A stretch of 33,417 nucleotides of DNA from Lentisphaeria bacterium (GTDB lineage Bacteria > Verrucomicrobiota > Lentisphaeria > Victivallales > UBA1829). The DNA lies in the NCBI GenBank assembly GCA_019408975.1, contig DXVA01000001.1:1-33417 (forward strand). Reading direction: 5' to 3'. How positions within the stretch are numbered: the first letter of the stretch is position 1; every line of letters starts with the position of its first letter. A program made the translations under genes and the position numbers. The notes beneath the pieces are model-generated. The model was not told the DNA's origin, made no database searches, and was given only the letters and a program-made list of their open reading frames with translations. Positions 28,783 through 33,417 of this stretch are shown piece after piece.

Positions 28783-31758
28783 TCACCGGGTCCGGACGTC
28801 ATACAGGGGATTTTTGCCGACGAGCGCATGAAATTCCTGTCCCCGGCGCGGCAGAAGCCGGACCGGTGCAAGTTCCCGCCCGTCGAAAGTGGGCCTGATC
28901 TCCTCTTCTCCGAAGGCGAGTTTCAGCACGACCTGTTTTCCGTGTTCCGTTTTTCCCAGCGGGCGCGCGGCCTCCTGTCCGGAGAAACGGAATACGAGCG
29001 TCCCGTTTCCCCGCTCCGAGCGGATTGCGGCCCGGAAAACGCCCGCCTGAAGGAATGTGTGCTCTCCCACCCGCTGCGTGATCCGCATGACGAGTTCGAG
29101 TTCCCCCCGGAACGGCGTTTTGAGCGCCAGCGGAATGAGAACCGGGGCATCCTGCCTGTATACACCCCGGACACCGCCGCATTTGTCAACAGTGAAGATC
29201 AGTTCCGGCTTGTAACGGACTCTGCATTGAAACAGGCTCAGTTTCCGTTCGTCGATTCCTCTTCCGGGACCGGCCTGCAGCTCGAACTCCGTTCCGGATG
29301 GGATGGCCCCGATATCGGCAGAAGCGTCCTGCTCCTCCAGCATCAGAGTTCCCTTTCCGATCAGCGGGCTGTTTCCGTTCAGGCGATAGTCTCCGTTTTC
29401 GTAATCCCGGAAGCCGACTTCTCCTGCGGATTTCAGGGTTGCCCCGTTTCCGGCGGAAACGAGGTCTTTGTGCGGGTCGTCCGCGCGTGTGAGGTTCCAG
29501 TTGCGGAAAAATTCAATCAGGCTGCCGCGCCATTCCGGTTTGTAGTGCATCCCGTAAGTCTGGTTCAGATTGTTGAAAAAGCGGAAATTGACGAGTTCCC
29601 GCTTTGCCGGGCCGTAGACCGGCTGGGGCGTCGTGAGCAGATTGTGCTCCGGCTGGAGAATCGTGTTGTTGAACACCAGGAATCCGGGATCGGGAACCGT
29701 GACGGCCCGTTTGGAGATTCGCGATTCCTGTTCTGCGGTCGTTGTACTTCCCATGTGGGGATAGGTCCAGTTCTGCCCGCTTGCGCCGAGCTTGAAGACT
29801 CCCAGGGACCCGCCGAGTGCTTTCCGGAGCGGCGCCAGCGCCGGAGTTTCCGTGAACAGATTCCGGTAGATGAAGACCGGGCCCGGCCATGGGGTTCCGC
29901 ACAACGGCTGCCAGGAGACCGCTTCGACGTTGTCCTCGAACAGATTGCCGTACACACGGACATCCGCCGCGTGATTTTCCGTTTCGACGGCGTTGTCCAC
30001 GATCCGGCGGAAAATGTTGCCGTATACGCGCAGATGTTTCGCCCTGTCGACACACCAGCTGGAAAAGCCTTCGAAGGAGTCCTCCACGATGCAGTCCCGC
30101 ACGTGCCAGTCGGACCGGACACCGCCGATGATTCCTGTTTCATAGCATTTGAACGGTCTCCGCATGTAATCCGTGTTTTTTCCTTTGTAGCCCCAGAAGT
30201 AAAAACGGAATTTTTCGGCGGTTTCGGTTCCGTGATGCTGCCTGATGATCCGGTTCGTTTCCTGAAACACAGGGAACTGGTCGTAGACGCAGTTTTCCAC
30301 GAATACGCCGCTTCCGCCGGCTACTCCGAAGCGGCATCCCTTGAAGCGGCAGTTCCGCACGACGAGCCGTTCGCCCCGGTTTCCGACCCCGGCCATGGCG
30401 GGTGTTTCAAACGTGATGCCGTCGATGATGATGTGCGCTTTTCCCTTGATGTCAATGAACAGGTTGGCATCGCCCGGCTTTGTCAGGTGATGGCCGTTGG
30501 CTCCTTTCGATGCGGGAGGCGCGATGGAGAAAACGTGCCGGTTCGGGTCCGGCGATCCATACATCCCACCGGTGTGCAGGCGGACGTAAAGGCGTTTTGC
30601 CTTTTCGTCGTAGGTGTAGCCGTTGAACGGTCCCGGGTAGCCGTCTTTCAACGTGAAACTGCGGAGCCCGTCCACATCGTAGTATCCGCCGAAAAGATCG
30701 ATCCGTTCATCGTACAGAATACGCGCCGGGTAATGGTCGAACGGAATGCTGTAAATCTGGTGTTCCGCGTCTTCGAGCTTCCAGACAACCTTTTTTTCAC
30801 GCACGGCCCTGTCCGCCGCAGTGAGAACGACGCGGCCGTCTGCCCGGAACGTGACCGGAGCGTTTTCCGTCCCGCCGCGCGAAAGGACGACGTTTTCATA
30901 GTAAACGCCGGGCGCGATGATGACACTGTCGCCGGGATTCACGGAATCCGCCGCTTTCTGGATCGTGGCGAGCGGGCGTTCCGGCGAAAGCCCGTCGTCG
31001 GCGTCGTTTCCGGTTTTGCCGTTTACGTAGCGGGTGGCGGGAGCCGGGGCTGACAATGCGGATTTTCCGCTTTTCTCCGTCGGAAATCTGACCTTGCAGA
31101 GCGATTCGAGCTCCGCATTGTTCAGCGCACGGTCGAAAACGGAGAGCGCGAGAATCCGGGTTCCCGCCGGAGCGAAGAAGCCGCACTTTTTGCTGCTGAA
31201 GCGCCTTCCGCCGATTGAAAGAAACCGTTCCCCGGCGTTCGGCGCGAGCCGCCGGACCGCCGAGGCGTCCGCCCTGCCGTTCCGCAGTAAGACGCCGTCG
31301 CGCACTCGGAACAGATCAAAACGCAGTTCCTCACCGGGGATGAAACGGAGAATATATTCCACTTCGGTCTCCGGCGGCAGTTTCAGAGAGGTGGAGTCCA
31401 AAAAAAGAAAACTGTTTTCCCTGCTGCCGTCGGAAAGGAGCAGGGACGGTCTGCCGCCGTCCGGAGAATACGGCGTTTTCTCCGCGAACCCCGCCTCGTA
31501 TCCGCGCAGTCCGTTTTCCGTGCGGAAACGGGAGATGAGCGCACCCGTCGGCGAATCCGGATACCTCACCCGGACCCGGACTGTCTGCGCTCCGGTGTGC
31601 CGCCAGGGATGGGCGAGCAGTGTTTTTCCGTCCAGTACCGTCGGGATCGTCGTTTTTCCCGCGACGCCCCGTTCGGAGAAGGTTTTTACATTTGTGATTT
31701 CCGCTCCGCGGAGCAGGATGGTGACGAATGCCAGAAACAGCGAAAGATGACATTTCAT
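28783..31758 (-). CDS. Secreted LamG-domain plus right-handed parallel beta-helix protein (putative polysaccharide lyase/hydrolase)
   Basis: Signal peptide MKCHLSLFLAFVTILLRGAEI after AAGGAAA. LSVFDRALNNAELESL is a LamG-type motif. DGLSPERPLATIQKAADSVNPGDSVIIAPGVYYENVVL, then PbH1-like repeats (NCRFKGCRFG.., VRDCIVEDSFEGFS.., VYGNLFEDNVEAVS). The listed ORF start 31926 overlaps the upstream gene. Confidence 0.8.
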   Translation of the reverse strand: MKCHLSLFLAFVTILLRGAEITNVKTFSERGVAGKTTIPTVLDGKTLLAHPWRHTGAQTVRVRVRYPDSPTGALISRFRTENGLRGYEAGFAEKTPYSPDGGRPSLLLSDGSRENSFLFLDSTSLKLPPETEVEYILRFIPGEELRFDLFRVRDGVLLRNGRADASAVRRLAPNAGERFLSIGGRRFSSKKCGFFAPAGTRILALSVFDRALNNAELESLCKVRFPTEKSGKSALSAPAPATRYVNGKTGNDADDGLSPERPLATIQKAADSVNPGDSVIIAPGVYYENVVLSRGGTENAPVTFRADGRVVLTAADRAVREKKVVWKLEDAEHQIYSIPFDHYPARILYDERIDLFGGYYDVDGLRSFTLKDGYPGPFNGYTYDEKAKRLYVRLHTGGMYGSPDPNRHVFSIAPPASKGANGHHLTKPGDANLFIDIKGKAHIIIDGITFETPAMAGVGNRGERLVVRNCRFKGCRFGVAGGSGVFVENCVYDQFPVFQETNRIIRQHHGTETAEKFRFYFWGYKGKNTDYMRRPFKCYETGIIGGVRSDWHVRDCIVEDSFEGFSSWCVDRAKHLRVYGNIFRRIVDNAVETENHAADVRVYGNLFEDNVEAVSWQPLCGTPWPGPVFIYRNLFTETPALAPLRKALGGSLGVFKLGASGQNWTYPHMGSTTTAEQESRISKRAVTVPDPGFLVFNNTILQPEHNLLTTPQPVYGPAKRELVNFRFFNNLNQTYGMHYKPEWRGSLIEFFRNWNLTRADDPHKDLVSAGNGATLKSAGEVGFRDYENGDYRLNGNSPLIGKGTLMLEEQDASADIGAIPSGTEFELQAGPGRGIDERKLSLFQCRVRYKPELIFTVDKCGGVRGVYRQDAPVLIPLALKTPFRGELELVMRITQRVGEHTFLQAGVFRAAIRSERGNGTLVFRFSGQEAARPLGKTEHGKQVVLKLAFGEEEIRPTFDGRELAPVRLLPRRGQEFHALVGKNPLYDVRTR

Positions 31759-31804
31759 AGAATTTTCCTTGTTGTTTTTATTCCCGTGCGCGTCTGGAGA
31801 TTTC

Positions 31805-32626
31805 TCAGTCGTAATCCGCCCAGAAGCTGACATTCCGATTGCTTTGGTTCGATGCAAGGCTGACGGTTGAAATTCTGGTGGAGCCCCAGGATTCCACATG
31901 GCCGTCAACGAATGCGATGTTCGCATAGCTGCCGTGTCTTCGGGCGATGTTGCCCTGATTCATAAGATGCAGCGCCCTGTAATTGTAGGACGTTTCCCCG
32001 TTGTTGCGGACGCAGGAGAAATCGGAAACCAGCACCCGCCACGACGCGCGACGGACATTGCTCATTTTATTGTAGCCGTTGTTGTTGAGCATGGTCAGGC
32101 TGAAACAGAGACGGGCGTTGAAGGAGTAACTGAAATTCGGCATGTTTCCGTCGTTGGGCGCGGTGAATCCTTCGCCGTCGCGTCTTCCCGCCGGACAGAC
32201 TGCGAACGGAGCGACGTCGTGATTCTTTGCCTCGCTGTCGTCGGCGACAATATAATTTTTGCCGTTGTCCACATATGGGAGCAGAGTCTTGTCAAAACGG
32301 CCAGGAGAGACCGGGCCAAAGAAATAGCGCGGTGTGTAGTAGGAGTCCTTCTGGTCGGCGCTGTTGTAGATTTTGCCCCAGCCGTTGAAACAGTCCGCAT
32401 AATTCATCATCGCCAAAGAGAGCGTTTTCAGATTCGACATGCATTGAATACTCTGCGCTTTTTCCCTGGCTTTCGCCAGCGCGGGCAGGAGCAGAGCGGC
32501 AAGTATGGCGATGATTCCGACGACGATGATGAGTTCCAGAATGGTGAAATTCATTCGGAGCCGGTAAAGGGCGGGGATGCGGCGCGGTTGTTGTTCCTGT
32601 TTTTTTTGCGGCATAAGTGAAAGCAT
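31805..32626 (-). CDS. Prepilin-type N-terminal domain protein of the DUF1559 / H-X9-DG paralog family (module C)
   Basis: ..[34 protein letters not shown]; the C-terminal [16 protein letters not shown] is an exact H-X9-DG. ATG 32626 has AAGGAA 7 nt upstream. ATG 32554 (MNFTILEL) is the short-leader alternative. The listed start 32995 runs into the lpxK 3' end and is rejected. Confidence 0.8.
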   Translation of the reverse strand: MLSLMPQKKQEQQPRRIPALYRLRMNFTILELIIVVGIIAILAALLLPALAKAREKAQSIQCMSNLKTLSLAMMNYADCFNGWGKIYNSADQKDSYYTPRYFFGPVSPGRFDKTLLPYVDNGKNYIVADDSEAKNHDVAPFAVCPAGRRDGEGFTAPNDGNMPNFSYSFNARLCFSLTMLNNNGYNKMSNVRRASWRVLVSDFSCVRNNGETSYNYRALHLMNQGNIARRHGSYANIAFVDGHVESWGSTRISTVSLASNQSNRNVSFWADYD

Positions 32627-32764
32627 TACGTCATTCCTTGTTTGGGGTTTCTGTTTCGGCGGCAAACCACCTTGTGCACCGGTATTGGTCTCCGTTCCGG
32701 GATAATGGGCGAAGATCGCATCAGAATGAGACTTTTTTGATCTTTCGATCCCCGCTTCTGTTTT

Positions 32765-32792
32765 TATTATAAGTAAAAAGTCCGAAGTGACA
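32765..32792 (-). promoter_or_regulatory. Candidate promoter of the prepilin-like/beta-helix operon
   Basis: On the minus strand: CCCCTC-TTGTCA (32792-32787), 16-nt spacer, TATAAT (32770-32765). Confidence 0.45.
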
Positions 32793-32900
32793 AGAGGGGA
32801 AAAGTCTGTTTTTATCACTTTTTTGGCGAAAATATCAAGATAAACGCGGTGAGACGAAAAAATAATACGGGGAAAACTGATTTGATCTCTGCTTTTCCGT

Positions 32901-33417
32901 TCAGATGAAACAGATTCGTGAAATGCACTGGTCGAAACTCTCCTGTCCGCTGAGGATGTCGATTTCAACCCGCAGAAAGAGAATCTGGATGTCACGCCGG
33001 TCCAGGCGCGGCATGCGCACCGCGTCTTTTTCCGTTGTCATGATGAACTCCGCACCTGCCGCTTTGGCGTCGTTGACGAAGTCGATCATTTCCTGCTGCC
33101 GGTAGCGGTGGTGGTCCGCAAAGTGTTTTTCAAGGACGATCGTTCCGCCGAATTCGCAGAGGAACGCATTGAAGCTTGCCGGATTCGCAATTGCCGAGAT
33201 CGAAGCGATTTTTCTGCCCTTGAGCTCCGAGAGCGGAAGACGGCGCCCTCGGTCGAAGACATCCTCCAGATATTGCGGGCGGTGGCAGCATTCGATGATT
33301 TCCGCACGGTGGTTCTGCCGCCGGAGAAACGCTTTCAGATGGCGCAGTTTTGGAGAGCCGTCCGATTTCGTCAGGAAAATATAGTCGGCGCGCTTGATGT
33401 TCTTGATCGGTTCGCGC
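32901..33417 (-). CDS. lpxK: Tetraacyldisaccharide 4'-kinase, C-terminal part (gene continues beyond the window)
   Basis: The frame is open from 33416 down to stop 32901-32903. ..[10 protein letters not shown].., ..[15 protein letters not shown].., ..[10 protein letters not shown].. and ..[11 protein letters not shown].. match LpxK C-terminal motifs. The listed ORF 32901..33089 is only its last Met-start part. Confidence 0.8.
   Translation of the reverse strand, partial: REPIKNIKRADYIFLTKSDGSPKLRHLKAFLRRQNHRAEIIECCHRPQYLEDVFDRGRRLPLSELKGRKIASISAIANPASFNAFLCEFGGTIVLEKHFADHHRYRQQEMIDFVNDAKAAGAEFIMTTEKDAVRMPRLDRRDIQILFLRVEIDILSGQESFDQCISRICFI

Noticed and set aside
28783-28785. TGA recoding (Trp/Gly/Sec) to fuse the beta-helix protein with the downstream ORF
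   Set aside because: TGA terminates several well-bounded genes here, such as rplN at 5162-5164 and the heparinase-like gene. I saw no SECIS-like hairpin, and the downstream ORF is itself frameshifted. A pseudogene or a separate coupled gene is more parsimonious.
28828-31053. 741-aa plus-strand ORF opposite the beta-helix gene
   Set aside because: The region is about 60 % GC, so the antisense frame has few stops. The minus-strand product has a signal peptide, an SD, and LamG and PbH1-repeat motifs. The plus-strand product is Arg/Pro/Val-rich with no motif.
31759-32995. N-terminal extensions of listed ORFs 28783..31926 and 31805..32995
   Set aside because: The extensions overlap the neighbouring genes (prepilin C and the lpxK 3' end) and lack an SD. 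Internal ATGs 31758 and 32626 have SDs and give a signal peptide and a pilin-like N-terminus respectively.
1-33417. Search for CRISPR arrays, rRNA/tRNA genes, transposases, integrases, phage genes, toxin-antitoxin pairs or known defence-system genes
   Set aside because: None was recognised. The only direct repeats found are the 46-bp pair at 13685 and 13889. No ORF shows DDE, tyrosine-recombinase or serine-recombinase motifs, nuclease-ATPase pairs or a reverse transcriptase.

Overview
This is a 33.4-kb chromosomal segment. The prepilin-type H-X9-DG paralogs suggest a PVC-superphylum bacterium (Lentisphaerota/Victivallales-, Kiritimatiellota- or Verrucomicrobiota-like); this is an inference, not a search result. 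The left third holds aroC (minus strand), then a plus-strand operon: a coiled-coil membrane-anchored hypothetical gene followed by rplV-rpsC-rplP-rpmC-rpsQ-rplN-rplX-rplE-rpsN(Zn type)-rpsH-rplF-rplR-rpsE-rplO-secY, closed by a textbook terminator. That operon has no rpmD and lacks the usual rpsJ..rpsS and adk/map/infA/rpmJ neighbours. The remaining two thirds form an accessory glycan-foraging region. It contains a C26 gamma-glutamyl hydrolase-like gene, an M20 peptidase, an AraR-type regulator, a LacI regulator, a cytoplasmic GH20 hexosaminidase coupled to a membrane protein, three zinc-ribbon proteins, a TatD-family hydrolase and the 3' end of lpxK. Its most notable content is three copies of a recurring module: a small prepilin-like (FTLIEL...H-X9-DG) gene wired to a giant signal-peptide glycan enzyme. 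The enzymes are heparinase II/III-like, DUF4838-like with a GH2-type CBM, and LamG plus right-handed beta-helix. The best novelty candidates are this module and the unusual leader of the first copy, which has a duplicated 5' module with a 46-bp perfect repeat, TGTT phased every 8 bp, and a hairpin over the GTG start. I recognised no rRNA, tRNA, CRISPR array, transposase or integrase. All family calls rest on motifs read by eye and need HMM or BLAST confirmation.
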